Source: an uncultured Gemmatimonadota bacterium (GTDB lineage: Bacteria > Blakebacterota > Blakebacteria > Blakebacterales > CAYUVJ01). Taken from it: a stretch of 64,000 nucleotides of DNA. The notes beneath the pieces were generated by a model. That model saw only the letters and a program-made list of their open reading frames with translations, was not told where the DNA came from and searched no databases. Below, piece by piece: positions 1-9,337 of the stretch. Position numbers and translations under genes: made by a program. The stretch is from NCBI GenBank assembly GCA_964519015.1, contig CAZFHZ010000003.1, positions 13,371-77,370 of the forward strand. The letters run 5' to 3'. Position 1 is the first letter of the stretch, and each line of letters begins with the position of its first letter.

Positions 1-416
1 TCCAGGTAGCGGGCGCGCGCCACCGCGCCGGCGACCAGGTCCATCGCCTTGCGGGTCGCCGCGGCGCGGTCATTCGGGTGCACCCAGGCGCAGTGCTCGC
101 GCAGGTTGGCCATCTCCATGAGATAGGGATTCAGCCCCGCCTCGGCCACGCACTGTCGGAAGGTCGGCTCGTGCTGCCGCGGCGTGCATGAGGCGACCAC
201 CACCCGGTTGAGCTGGTGCACCCGGATCGCCTTCTTGATTTCATTCTGCCCCGGATCGGCGCACGTGTACTTGTTGCGCACCGCACACGCCACGTCGGGC
301 AGTGTCTCCGCGTATTGAGCGACTGCGCCGCAGTCCACCGCTCCCGCGATGTTCAGCCCGCAGTCGCACACGAAGACACCGATCCGGAGTGTGTCATCGG
401 TCTGCTTCGGGACCAT
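1..416 (-). CDS. HdrA-like protein, partial. Only the N-terminus (MVPKQTDDTLRIGVFVCDCGLNIAG...) is in the window; it has an MvhD-like Cys motif and strong similarity to the internal MvhD-like domain of the big HdrA at 2289..5387
   Basis: Start ATG at 414-416 with upstream AAGGGTGGG. Translation is paralogous to residues ~390-520 of the 2289..5387 product. Runs off the window start. Confidence 0.55.
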   Translation of the reverse strand, partial: MVPKQTDDTLRIGVFVCDCGLNIAGAVDCGAVAQYAETLPDVACAVRNKYTCADPGQNEIKKAIRVHQLNRVVVASCTPRQHEPTFRQCVAEAGLNPYLMEMANLREHCAWVHPNDRAAATRKAMDLVAGAVARARYL

Positions 417-560
417 CGGTGCCCACCCTTGGTCTCGGCGACCATCCCCCGGTGATCCACCCGCAGGACGGTTACCGTTCTAGGTCAGCGCTTCCGCGGC
501 CAGTTCGGCCACATCGCGCATCTCCATCCCGATCACCTCGTGGAGATCGGGGTCTCGCAT

Positions 561-1694
561 CTAGATCCCTATCTGGTCGCCCATTTCGGGGTCCTTCATT
601 GATAAAAGGAAATGGATCCGGCAATTGGGGCAGGCCGTCACCATGACCTGCGCCCCCGTGGACCGCGCTTCCTTCAGCCGGTCCACCTGGATGTTCTTGG
701 CGAAGCGGTCGCAGTTCGACCAGGTACCCCCGGCGCAGCAGACTGCGCCGGGGCCGTTCCGACCCATCTCGACCAGTTCGATGCCGGGGAGGGCCTCCAG
801 TACCCGCCGGGGAGCCTCGTAGACGCCGAGGTGCCGGCCCAGCCGGCAGGGGTCCTGGTAGGTCACCCGCCGCGGCTGCTCCCGCAGGTCCAGCCCGTCC
901 ATCCGGTCGGCCAGCCACTCGCTGATGTGGACCATCTCGGGCGGTCTTCCGCTCCAGAACGGAGCGTAGTCGATCCGCCAGGTGCGCAGGCACTCGGCGC
1001 AGGAGGTCACCAGCGTCTTCGCCCCGCTGGCCTCGACCAGTTCCACGTTGTGCCGGGCCAGCCGCTCGAAGTTCGCCCGGTCGCCGTTCCAGAGCAGGTC
1101 GTGCCCGCAGCAGCGCTCACGGGGGGAGACCACCGGGACCACTCCCAGCCGGTTCATCAGCCGGACCGCGGCTCGGGTGCCGGCCAGGGTGTCCATTTCC
1201 AGGTGGGGGAAAAGGGCGTCGTAGTACATCGTGCAGCCGGTCCAGTAGAAGACCTCCCCCTGTCCGGGCACGCACTCCAAATCCTTCTCCAGCCAGCCCA
1301 ATCGGTCCTGCTGGGTCCCCCCGGTCGCCATCATCCGCATCAGCGACTGGATCGCCCCTCCGTGCGGGCAGTGCGGCTCCAGGCCAGCGGTGTGGGCCAC
1401 CGCCCTCAGGTTCATCACTAGGGTGGTGTAGTCGACCTGGGCCGGACAACGCTGGCTGCACTGGCGGCAGGTCAGGCAGCTGAAGAGGTCCTCGCTCGCG
1501 AGCAGGGCCTGCACATCCCCCTGTACCGCGCTCAGCACGTGACGGCGCGGGCTGAGCGAGCCGCCCCCCCGGGCCACCGGACAGGAGGCGGTGCACTTGC
1601 CGCAATCGTAGCAAGCCCAGGCCCGGGCTTTCCGGACGGCCTCCAGGAGCCCTTTCACCCCTTCGCTCGCCATCGCCTCACCCCGCCCTGGCAC
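561..1694 (-). CDS. HdrD/GlpC-like iron-sulfur oxidoreductase: two 4Fe-4S ferredoxin motifs plus two CCG (Cys-rich, HdrB-like) domains
   Basis: CYDCGKCTASCP and CLTCRQCSQRCP motifs, followed by CCGHD... and CCAGG... CCG-domain signatures. Overlaps the upstream mvhD stop, consistent with operon coupling. Confidence 0.75.
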   Translation of the reverse strand: MPGRGEAMASEGVKGLLEAVRKARAWACYDCGKCTASCPVARGGGSLSPRRHVLSAVQGDVQALLASEDLFSCLTCRQCSQRCPAQVDYTTLVMNLRAVAHTAGLEPHCPHGGAIQSLMRMMATGGTQQDRLGWLEKDLECVPGQGEVFYWTGCTMYYDALFPHLEMDTLAGTRAAVRLMNRLGVVPVVSPRERCCGHDLLWNGDRANFERLARHNVELVEASGAKTLVTSCAECLRTWRIDYAPFWSGRPPEMVHISEWLADRMDGLDLREQPRRVTYQDPCRLGRHLGVYEAPRRVLEALPGIELVEMGRNGPGAVCCAGGTWSNCDRFAKNIQVDRLKEARSTGAQVMVTACPNCRIHFLLSMKDPEMGDQIGI

Positions 1695-2292
1695 CGGCCA
1701 GGGGGCTCTGACCGAGCGCCCGCACCTGGTCGGTGAACTCGTTTATGACCTGCGCGAACCGCGACCCTTCGGCGGCGCTGATCCACTCCAGACGCAGGCG
1801 CCCTTCCTCCAGCCCGAGCATCCGGACCAGCTGGCGGGTGATTTCGTATTGCTCTACCGCCCGCTCATTGCCCGAGATGTAGTGGCAGTCGCCGAAATGG
1901 CAGCCGGAGACGAGCACCCCGTCGGCCCCCTTCTCGAAGGCCCGCAAAACGAACGATGGCTGCACCCTTCCCGAACACATCACCCGGATGATCCGGAAGT
2001 GGGGCTGGTGCTGGATCCGGGAGACCCCCGCCGTGTCGGCCCCGGCATAGGAGCACCAGTTGCAGGCGAAGACCACGATCCGGGGATCCCCATTCGGGAA
2101 GGGACGGGGCTCCGATCCGCTGGAGCCCGGCGCCCGCTTCGCCGTGCGCTTCTTCCCCGCCCCTTGCTTCGTCACGCGATTCTTCCCGGTCCCCTGCCTG
2201 GCCGGTGTCTTCTTCGCCACGGCCTTCTTGGCCGCCCGTTTCTTCGGACCACTACCGGCGGCCCGCTTCCTTGATCCAGCCGGGGCGGTCAT
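1678..2292 (-). CDS. mvhD: MvhD-type (methyl-viologen-reducing hydrogenase delta-like) electron-transfer subunit with a Lys/Ala-rich N-terminal tail
   Basis: IVVFACNWCSYAGADTAGVSRIQHQPHFRIIRVMCSGRV...GCHFGDCHY is the MvhD signature. ATG at 2290-2292 overlaps the hdrA TGA stop (ATGA). The first ~75 aa are KKRAAKKAVAKK-type low complexity. Confidence 0.75.
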   Translation of the reverse strand: MTAPAGSRKRAAGSGPKKRAAKKAVAKKTPARQGTGKNRVTKQGAGKKRTAKRAPGSSGSEPRPFPNGDPRIVVFACNWCSYAGADTAGVSRIQHQPHFRIIRVMCSGRVQPSFVLRAFEKGADGVLVSGCHFGDCHYISGNERAVEQYEITRQLVRMLGLEEGRLRLEWISAAEGSRFAQVINEFTDQVRALGQSPLAGARAG

Positions 2293-5200
2293 GGTCCCTC
2301 CTCGGCCAGCACGGCATCGATCATCGCAACCATCTGGCGTTCGGTGAAGTGGCGGGCGGTGATGGCTCCCGAGGGGCACCAGGTGGCACAGGTGCCGCAT
2401 CCCTTGCAGAGGGAGGCGTTGACCTGCGCGGAACGTTGTCCGGGTGCGACCTCGAAGAGAGTGGCCGCGTGGTAGGGGCAGACCTCGGTGCAGGTTCCGC
2501 ACGCCCGGCAGAGGTCGATATCCACAACCGCCACCGCCGGGTTCTGGCGCACCCGGTCCCAAGCGAGCAGCACGGAGGCCTTGGCCGCCGCCGCCGAAGC
2601 CTGGGCGACCGTGTCCACAATGTCCTTCGGGCCCTGCACGGTGCCGGCCAGGAAGACCCCCTCGACCGCCGTCTCCACCGGGGCCAGCTCCGGGTGACGC
2701 TCCAGGAAGAACCCGTCCGAACCCAGGCTCGTCTTGAGCAGGTCGTGGAAGTGACGGGTATCCTCCGCGCGCGGCTTCATGCCCACCCCCAGCACGACCA
2801 GGTCGGCCGGGGCCTCGACCGTCACCCCCAGCAGCTCGTCACGGCACCGCACCGCGACCGCGCGGTCGCGGCCGATCACCTCCGGCTTCTCCCCTGATGG
2901 GATCCGTACGAAGAGGACCCCCGCGGCCCGCGCCTCCCGGTAGAGTTCCTCGGCGCCGGTCGAGATGGTTCGGATGTCCCGGTAGAAGACGGTGCAGTCG
3001 ATGCCACCGCTGGCCAGGTTGAGGGCCTGCTTGATGGCCGTCGGACAGCAGTAGCGCGAGCAGCCCGGGTAGGCTTTGGGATCGCGCGAACCCACGCAGA
3101 GGATGAAGGCGGCACTCTTCGGACGTCCCCCCTCCGAGTTGAGCGGGTCGAGGATGCTGCAGAAGAGCCGCTCCAGCTCCTCGTTGGTGATGACGTTGTG
3201 GAACTTCCGGTAACCGTACTCGGCGATGGGTTCGTAGAGGTCGGCGCCGAAGGCGAGCACGATCGCCCCCACCGCGAGCTCCCCCGCCCCCACCCCCTTC
3301 AGGATCACCCCGAAGTTGCCCATGAATCCGTCGATCGAGGCCACCTCGGTATCGAGCAACACCTGCGCGCCGCTCGCCCGGAGGCGGGCGATCTTCTCCG
3401 CCAGCACCTCGGCGGCGGAGCGCATGTTAGGATAGAGCAGCTTCAGGTCGGGACCGAGCAGCCGGCCTCCCAGCCGGCCGGTCTTCTCGACCAGGGTGAC
3501 CGGGAATCCCTGGACGGCCAGGTCGGTGGCGGCCTGGATGCCGGCGATCCCGCCGCCGACCACCAGCGCGGCCCGCGTCATGGGCATCTCCCCCGCCTCG
3601 AGCGGCTCCAGGTGCCGGGCCCGGGCCACTCCCATGCGGATCAGGTCCCGCGCCTTCAACTGGGCCTGTTCCCGGTGGGTGGCATGCACCCAGGTGCACT
3701 GGTCGCGGATGTTGACCATCTCGAAGAGGTAGGGGTTGAAACCGATCCGCTCGAGGGTCTGGCGGAAGATCGGTTCGTGGGTCCGGGGGGTGCAGGCGGC
3801 GACCACGACCCGGTTGAGCCGGTGCTCACCGATCATCGCGACCAGTTCCTCCTGCCCGGTCGAAGAGCAGGCGAAGAGGTGGGTCCGGGCGACCTCGACG
3901 CCCGGCAGACCGGCCGCATATTCAGCCAGCGCCTCGCAGTCCACCACCCCGCCGATGTTCACCCCGCAGTTGCAGACCATCACCCCGATGCGGGGTGTTC
4001 CCGACAGATCGAGCGGGGTAACCGTCTCCGGTTCCTCCTCGATCCGCTCCCCACAGAGGAAGAGTCCGGCCCGGGCGGCTGCCGCCGAAGCCTGGGCCAC
4101 CGCGTCGGGGATGACCTGCGGTCCCACCGCGCTGCCGCAGACGAAGATCCCCTCACGGGCCGTCTCCACCGATGAGACAGCCGGATCGCGGGGGGCGACG
4201 AAGCCGTAGCGGTCGGTCTCGATGCCCAGGATCCCGGCCAGCTCGGCTGCTCCATCGTTCGGCGCGGCCGCTACCGAGAGGACGACCAGGTCGGCCGGTA
4301 TCCTCATCTGCTCGCCGTTAAGGGTGTCCTCCACGTGGACGAGCAGAGTGCCGTCCTCGGGGACCGTCTCGATCTTGGCCGGCCGCCCCCGAATGTACCG
4401 GGCGCTCTCTTCCTCGTAGGAGCGGCGGACGAAATCATCGAAGCCCTTCCCAAAAGCGCGCAGGTCGGTGTAGAGGATGGTTACATCCTCGATGGCGGGA
4501 TCGTGCTGGCGCACCAGCATCGAGTCCTTGACCGCGTTCATGCAGCAGAAGCGGCTGCAGTAGGGACGGCCCCCCTCCCCCCGGGCCCCCACGCACTGGA
4601 CGAAGACCATCCGCTTCGGAGTCTTCCGGTCGGAGGGACGCACCACGTGGCCGCGGGTGACCCCCGAGGCGTTCAGCATCCGTTCCAGCTCCAGGCTGGT
4701 CACCACGTCGGGGTAGCGCCCGTAGCCGTAGTTGCCCAGGACCCGGGCGTCGAACTCCTGGAACCCGATGGCCACCAGGATTGCTCCCACGTTCCGCTCG
4801 AGCAGCTCCGGCTGCTGATCGAAGTCGATCGCTTCGACGTCGCAGACGCTCAGGCAATGGTTGCAGACCAGGATCTTCTTGTTCAGGCACGACTCCCGGT
4901 CGATGACGTAGGCGGCCGGGACCGATTGGGGGAAGGGGCGGTAGATCGCTTTGCGGGCCTTCAGGCCGACGTCGAACTCGTTTCCCCCCACCTGCGGGCA
5001 CGCCTCCTCGCATAGCCCGCAGGCCACGCACACGTCCTCCTTCACGAAGCGCGGATTCCGGCGCACCTGTACCCGGAAGCCGCCGGCCTCGCCTTCACAG
5101 CCGACCACTTCGGCATTGGTGACCAGCTCGATCAGTGGATGCCGACCGGCATCCATGGCCTTAGGCCCCAGGATTCATATCGAGCAGTCCATGGTGGGGA

Positions 5201-5387
5201 AGGTCTTGTCGAGTTGGGCCATGCGTCCGCCCAACGACGGCGACTTCTCCACCAGGGTCACCGGTATGCGCGCGTCGGCCAGATCGAGGGCCGCCTGGAT
5301 GCCGGCGATACCACCGCCGATGACCAGGGCTCGGTCTCCCCGCAACTCTTCGACGAGCTCGATGATGTCCTCAGGTTCCTGATCCAT
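2289..5387 (-). CDS. hdrA: Heterodisulfide reductase subunit A-like giant fusion protein (HdrA FAD/Fe-S module, MvhD-like domain, second FAD/ferredoxin module). Candidate selenoprotein: in-frame TGA at 5175-5177
   Basis: N-terminal exon-like ORF 5178..5387 (MDQEPED...[16 protein letters not shown]...[16 protein letters not shown]) ends at TGA and continues in the same frame ([23 protein letters not shown]...) into ORF 2289..5156. The HdrA family consensus here is TFPTxDCSxC-ILAPK, so the TGA sits where Cys normally is. RBS AAGAGGA lies upstream of the ATG at 5387. Downstream there is a second GGGIAG FAD motif, several CxxCxxCxxxCP motifs and an MvhD-like block. Confidence 0.7.
5136..5155 (-). 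promoter_or_regulatory. SECIS-like hairpin in the mRNA, 20 nt downstream of the in-frame UGA of hdrA: 8-bp stem UGGAUGCC/GGCAUCCA with apical loop GGUC
   Basis: Perfect 8-bp inverted repeat read from the sequence. Spacing from the UGA is in the range used by bacterial SelB-dependent SECIS elements. Confidence 0.4.
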
Positions 5388-5437
5388 GCCCCATCCTCTT
5401 GCATTGCCGGGGAGGACAGACCCTCTCCGGATACCGC

Positions 5438-6034
5438 TCAGTCGCTCTTGGCCGGGGTGGCGGCCACTTCGGCCTCCTCGCCCGTGGTCCCACCTCCGTA
5501 CGTCTTCTGCCAGTGCTCGTAACCGGCGTCGAAGGCTCTCAGATTGAGCTTCTCGGTCCCCTCTGGGACCGACTCGGCCACCGCCTGGCGCATCAGATCC
5601 GGATCGATGATGCCGGTGACTCCGGCCATGAAGCCCAGCATCACGATGTTCTGGACGATGACTCGGCCCAGATCCTCGGCGATGCGGGTCGAGGGGACCC
5701 CGTAGGCCTTCTGCTTCTTGGCCGGGTCGGGGGTGACCAGGTCACTCTCGTAGATGAGGGCACCGTCCTCGGCCAGCTCGTCCTTGTACTTGTCGTAACC
5801 CTCACCGGACATGATGACGAAGTAGTCGGGGCGGCGGATGTAGGGGTAGAGCACCTCCTCTTCTGAGAGCACCAGGGTGGCGCTGCAGGCGGACCCCCGG
5901 GCTTCCGGTCCGAAGCTCTGGATCATCGTGGCATGGTGGCCGGCGTTGATGGAGTAGGCCCGGCCCAGGATATAGCCCAGCAGGACCGACCCCTGGCCGC
6001 CCAACCCGGTGATGCGGAATTCGGTCTTAGCCAC
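5438..6034 (-). CDS. korC: 2-oxoacid:ferredoxin oxidoreductase, gamma subunit
   Basis: GTG start preceded by [17 protein letters not shown]...[12 protein letters not shown]... is the PorG/KorC family signature. Confidence 0.8.
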   Translation of the reverse strand: MAKTEFRITGLGGQGSVLLGYILGRAYSINAGHHATMIQSFGPEARGSACSATLVLSEEEVLYPYIRRPDYFVIMSGEGYDKYKDELAEDGALIYESDLVTPDPAKKQKAYGVPSTRIAEDLGRVIVQNIVMLGFMAGVTGIIDPDLMRQAVAESVPEGTEKLNLRAFDAGYEHWQKTYGGGTTGEEAEVAATPAKSD

Positions 6035-6923
6035 GGAGGTATCCTCCTTCCGGGGGCATCGGCACGAAATCGTCCCCGAGCTTGCTCCGATGCTGCTCGT
6101 GGTTGAGCTTGATCCAGTCGGGCTTCTCCTCGTCCACGAACTTCCCGCAGACGATCTTCTCCTGGAACTCAATGGCCACTTCCCGGGTGTCGGCCCCGTG
6201 CCGGATCTCCGCGTTGTCGTGGTAGTACTGCATCAGGTTGAGCCCGGTACCGAGCTTGTTGCGTCGGGCATAGAGCGTCGAGCAGGGTGTGATCACCTCG
6301 ATCAGGCGCAGTCCCTTCTTGGGCAGTGCCTCCAGCATCGACTTGGTGAGCCGCCGGATGTGCAGGCAGGTCCAGCGGGCCACATAGGTTGCCCCGCACG
6401 AGGCCACCAGGTGCGGCAGGTTGAAGGGGGGTTCGTAGCTGCCGTAGGGCATGGTCGAGGAGATGGAGGTCATCGGCGAGGTGGGAGCGTTCTGGCCTCC
6501 CGTCATGGCATCGGTGAAGTTGTTCACCAGGATGACCAGCAGGTCCATCTGCCGGCGGCAGGCATGGATCAGATGGTTGCCCCCGATACCCGAGAGGTCG
6601 CCGTCCCCGGAGAAGACCGTGACATTCAATTCGGGGCGACCGAGCTTGAGCCCGGTGGCGAAGGGGATGGCCCGTCCGTGGGTGGTGTGGAAGGCGTCCA
6701 GTTTCATGTAGCCGGCCACCCGGCCGGTACAGCCGATCCCGGAGACGATGGCCACTTTGTCCAGGTCGAGGTGGGATTGTTCCAGGGCCGTGGCATAACA
6801 CTTCACCACCGTCCCTATCCCGCAGGTCGGACACCAGATGTGCGGCATCCGGTCCATGCGGATGAAGGGAGCGATCGGGTGCTCTTCGGCCCGCGGCTGG
6901 GACTGCTCGACGGTCGCGCTCAT
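6027..6923 (-). CDS. korB: 2-oxoacid:ferredoxin oxidoreductase, beta (TPP-binding) subunit
   Basis: PHIWCPTCGIG...GIGCTGR...GDGD...GGNHLIHA TPP/Fe-S motifs. Confidence 0.85.
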   Translation of the reverse strand: MSATVEQSQPRAEEHPIAPFIRMDRMPHIWCPTCGIGTVVKCYATALEQSHLDLDKVAIVSGIGCTGRVAGYMKLDAFHTTHGRAIPFATGLKLGRPELNVTVFSGDGDLSGIGGNHLIHACRRQMDLLVILVNNFTDAMTGGQNAPTSPMTSISSTMPYGSYEPPFNLPHLVASCGATYVARWTCLHIRRLTKSMLEALPKKGLRLIEVITPCSTLYARRNKLGTGLNLMQYYHDNAEIRHGADTREVAIEFQEKIVCGKFVDEEKPDWIKLNHEQHRSKLGDDFVPMPPEGGYLRG

Positions 6924-8079
6924 TTGACGGCTCCCATGATGGCGTCACAGATGTCCTGCGGGTCGTGGACCCCGCCTCCGGCGTGCGGCACCCCGATGGC
7001 GGCGCACTTCCCGGCGGCGCAGCGTTCGACCTCCAGTACGTACTGGCCCAGGTTGATCTCCGGGACCACGAAGGCCTTCACCTTCCCGGCCAGTTCCCGG
7101 ATGCGCTTCTCCGGGAAGGGCCAGATCACGATCGGCCGGATATAGCCCACCTTGACCCCCTTCGTGCGGGCCATGGAGATGCCCATCCGCGCCACCCGGG
7201 CGGTGATCCCGAACGCGATGACGACCACCTCGGCGCCGTCGGTTTCTTCCTCGTCGAAGCGGACGATCGCCTCGGCGTTCTTCCGGATCTTGTCCACCAG
7301 TCGGGGCACGAGCTCCTTCTGGGCTTGCTCGCTCATGACCGGATAGCCGCGGTAGTCGTGGGTCAGTCCGGTGGTGTGGAAACGGTAACCGTCGCCGGCC
7401 CGGGCGAAGTCCGGGATCAGGCCGCCGTTGAGCTGGTAGGGCCAGTACTCCCCGGGTTTCCGGTCGGTCAGCCGGCGGGGCACCACCTCGATGGCGTCGG
7501 CCTCGGGGATGACCACCTTCTCCGTCATGTGGCCCACGCATTCGTCGAGCAGGAGCTGGACGGGCACACGGTACTGCTCCGCGAGGTTGAAGGAGTCGAT
7601 GGCCAGGTCGAAGGCCTCCTGGGGGGACTTCGGGCTGAGGGCGATGATCTCATAGTCCCCGTGGGAGCCCCAGCGGGCCTGCATGATGTCCCCCTGCCCG
7701 GTCATGGTCGGCAGCCCGGTGGAGGGTCCGCCCCGCTGGACGTTCACCACCACGCAAGGGGTCTCCATCATCGCCGCCAGACCGATGTTCTCCATCATCA
7801 GGGAATAGCCGGGGCCGCTGGTGACCGTGGCCGACTTGGTGCCGGTCCAGGCGGCACCCACTACGGCGGCCATGCTGGCCAGCTCGTCCTCCATCTGGAT
7901 GAAGGTGCCCCCCATGGTGGGGAAGCGGCGGGCGATCCGTTCGACGACCTCGGTGGAGGGGGTGATCGGATAACCGGCGGTGAAACGGCAGCCGGCGGCC
8001 ATCATCCCCTCACTGCAGGCGAAGTCACCATCCAGGTAATGGGCGCCGGTCAGTACGCCCGCGGGATCGGCTTTCAAGT
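6920..8079 (-). CDS. korA: 2-oxoacid:ferredoxin oxidoreductase, alpha subunit
   Basis: GYPITPSTEV...FIQMEDELAS...TSGPG motifs. Start chosen at TTG 8077-8079 behind AAGGAGGAG; the longer ORF to 8179 has no RBS. Confidence 0.8.
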
Positions 8080-8126
8080 TCTCTCCTCCTTCTCCACAGG
8101 TCTGTCCCTGGGCCGGGACCGTCCGC

Positions 8127-8408
8127 CTAGTGGGCCTGCTCGGCCGCCCCAGCGGGCAGCGAGACGCTGAAGATCGCAAAATCGGGACAGATCATCTCGC
8201 ACAGCGTACAGTTCACGCACTCCCCCTCCTTGACGATCTTCGGGGGATGGTATCCTTTCCGGTTGAACGCCTCGGAGACGGCCAGCACCCCCTTGGGGCA
8301 GTACTCCACGCAGAAGCCGCACCCCTTGCACTGGTCCTCGATGATCCGGACCGTGCCGTGCGGGATCCGTACCTGATCGGCATCCAGCGGTGTGCGCCAG
8401 TACTTCAT
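8127..8408 (-). CDS. korD: 2-oxoacid:ferredoxin oxidoreductase delta subunit (2x[4Fe-4S] ferredoxin)
   Basis: CKGCGFCVEYCP and CVNCTLCEMICP motifs. ATG at 8406-8408 overlaps the marR stop (ATGA). Confidence 0.75.
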   Translation of the reverse strand: MKYWRTPLDADQVRIPHGTVRIIEDQCKGCGFCVEYCPKGVLAVSEAFNRKGYHPPKIVKEGECVNCTLCEMICPDFAIFSVSLPAGAAEQAH

Positions 8409-8971
8409 GTCGGAATCCCCTTCCCGGAGACCGTTGCACGGTCCTTGATGAACGGACATCCCCCCCGCACCTCCCCAACCCGGCAATCGACCGAGAGGTA
8501 GGCGGCGCAACGCAGGCAGGGGCCGCCGCTCTCCGGATCGAGGTCGAGCAGGGAGAGGGAGATTCGCTCCAGCAGGTCGGCGAACGCATCGAGCTCGCCG
8601 ACGTCGAACCGGTCGAGCAGGGGATAGAGCCGCGCCGACTTGAGTTCCTCGTAGTTCAGGACGATGCGCCGCCCGACCGGGCTCAAGGAGAGGACCGTGG
8701 ATCGGCGGTCGTCGGGAGCCGGGGCTCGCACCACCAGCCCGTGTCGCTCCAGTTTGTCGATGTTCTTGGTGGCGGCCGGGGTCGAGACCCCCAGGAAAGC
8801 GGCGATGTCCCCGACGTGGTGCTCGCCGTTAAGGGACATCAGCTTGAGCAGGTGGAACTGGGAGAGGGTGAGCGGAAAGGGACAGACCTCCCGGATCAAC
8901 CGGGTCTCCAGGATATCCCGCACCGCCGAGGCGAAGATATGGCTGTTGCGGAGCAGCCGGAGGTAGTCCAT
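8405..8971 (-). CDS. MarR-family transcriptional regulator with a C-terminal Cys-rich extension (CLRCAAY...C...C)
   Basis: Winged-HTH MarR core (LTLSQFHLLKLMSLNGEHHVGDIAAFLGVSTPAATKNIDKLERHGLV). Translationally coupled to korD. About 40-aa tail with four Cys. Confidence 0.8.
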   Translation of the reverse strand: MDYLRLLRNSHIFASAVRDILETRLIREVCPFPLTLSQFHLLKLMSLNGEHHVGDIAAFLGVSTPAATKNIDKLERHGLVVRAPAPDDRRSTVLSLSPVGRRIVLNYEELKSARLYPLLDRFDVGELDAFADLLERISLSLLDLDPESGGPCLRCAAYLSVDCRVGEVRGGCPFIKDRATVSGKGIPT

Positions 8972-9037
8972 CCGCCTCTCCCCCGGTTCACCCGGGGGAC
9001 CTCCCTGCGGGTCATGAACAGGTCGAGAAGCGCATCC

Positions 9038-9067
9038 TTAACCCGGTTAACTGTTAACCCGGTTAAC
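9038..9067. promoter_or_regulatory. Two copies of a perfect 13-bp palindrome TTAACCCGGTTAA (9038-9050, 9054-9066), 70-100 bp upstream of marR and in the divergent promoter region for the plus-strand gene at 9338. Candidate MarR operator
   Basis: Seen directly in the sequence: GTTAACCCGGTTAACTGTTAACCCGGTTAAC. Position and symmetry are typical of MarR autoregulatory sites. Confidence 0.4.
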
Positions 9068-9337
9068 GATCGACCCGAGACTAGCCATCCGCTCCAAACC
9101 CTGTCAAGCAAAACTGAGGTAGATTTGGCCGCAGCGATACCTTGCGCCCGAACAACACGTTAGGAGTACTAATTAGGGACCCCTCGACCAGGGCCCGGCA
9201 GCCGCCTCCGGGATCGGCCGGAGACAGCACCGGGAGGAGCCCGCGAGCCGCCCGAACCCCGCTTGACCACCCCCCTCCCGGTACATAGACTGCACCTGCA
9301 GGCACGACACCCATCGCATCACATCGAGGTTCGCGTC

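Noticed and set aside
480-560. 27-aa micro-ORF (MRDPDLHEVIGMEMRDVAELAAEALT) starting right at the hdrD-like stop (TAG-ATG)
   Set aside because: Too short and unsupported. It could be a coupled leader peptide or the remnant of a frameshifted HdrD C-terminus. It cannot be distinguished from chance in a GC-rich intergenic region.
216-1421. Plus-strand ORFs 216..455, 302..646, 612..1421
   Set aside because: They are antisense to the HdrA-like and HdrD-like genes. Arg/Pro-rich junk translations.
5156-5177. Reading 2289..5156 and 5175..5387 as a frameshifted or inactivated hdrA pseudogene
   Set aside because: There is no frame change. The two ORFs are in the same frame and separated only by one TGA at a conserved Cys position, with a SECIS-like hairpin downstream and selA present. 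Selenocysteine recoding is the more economical explanation.
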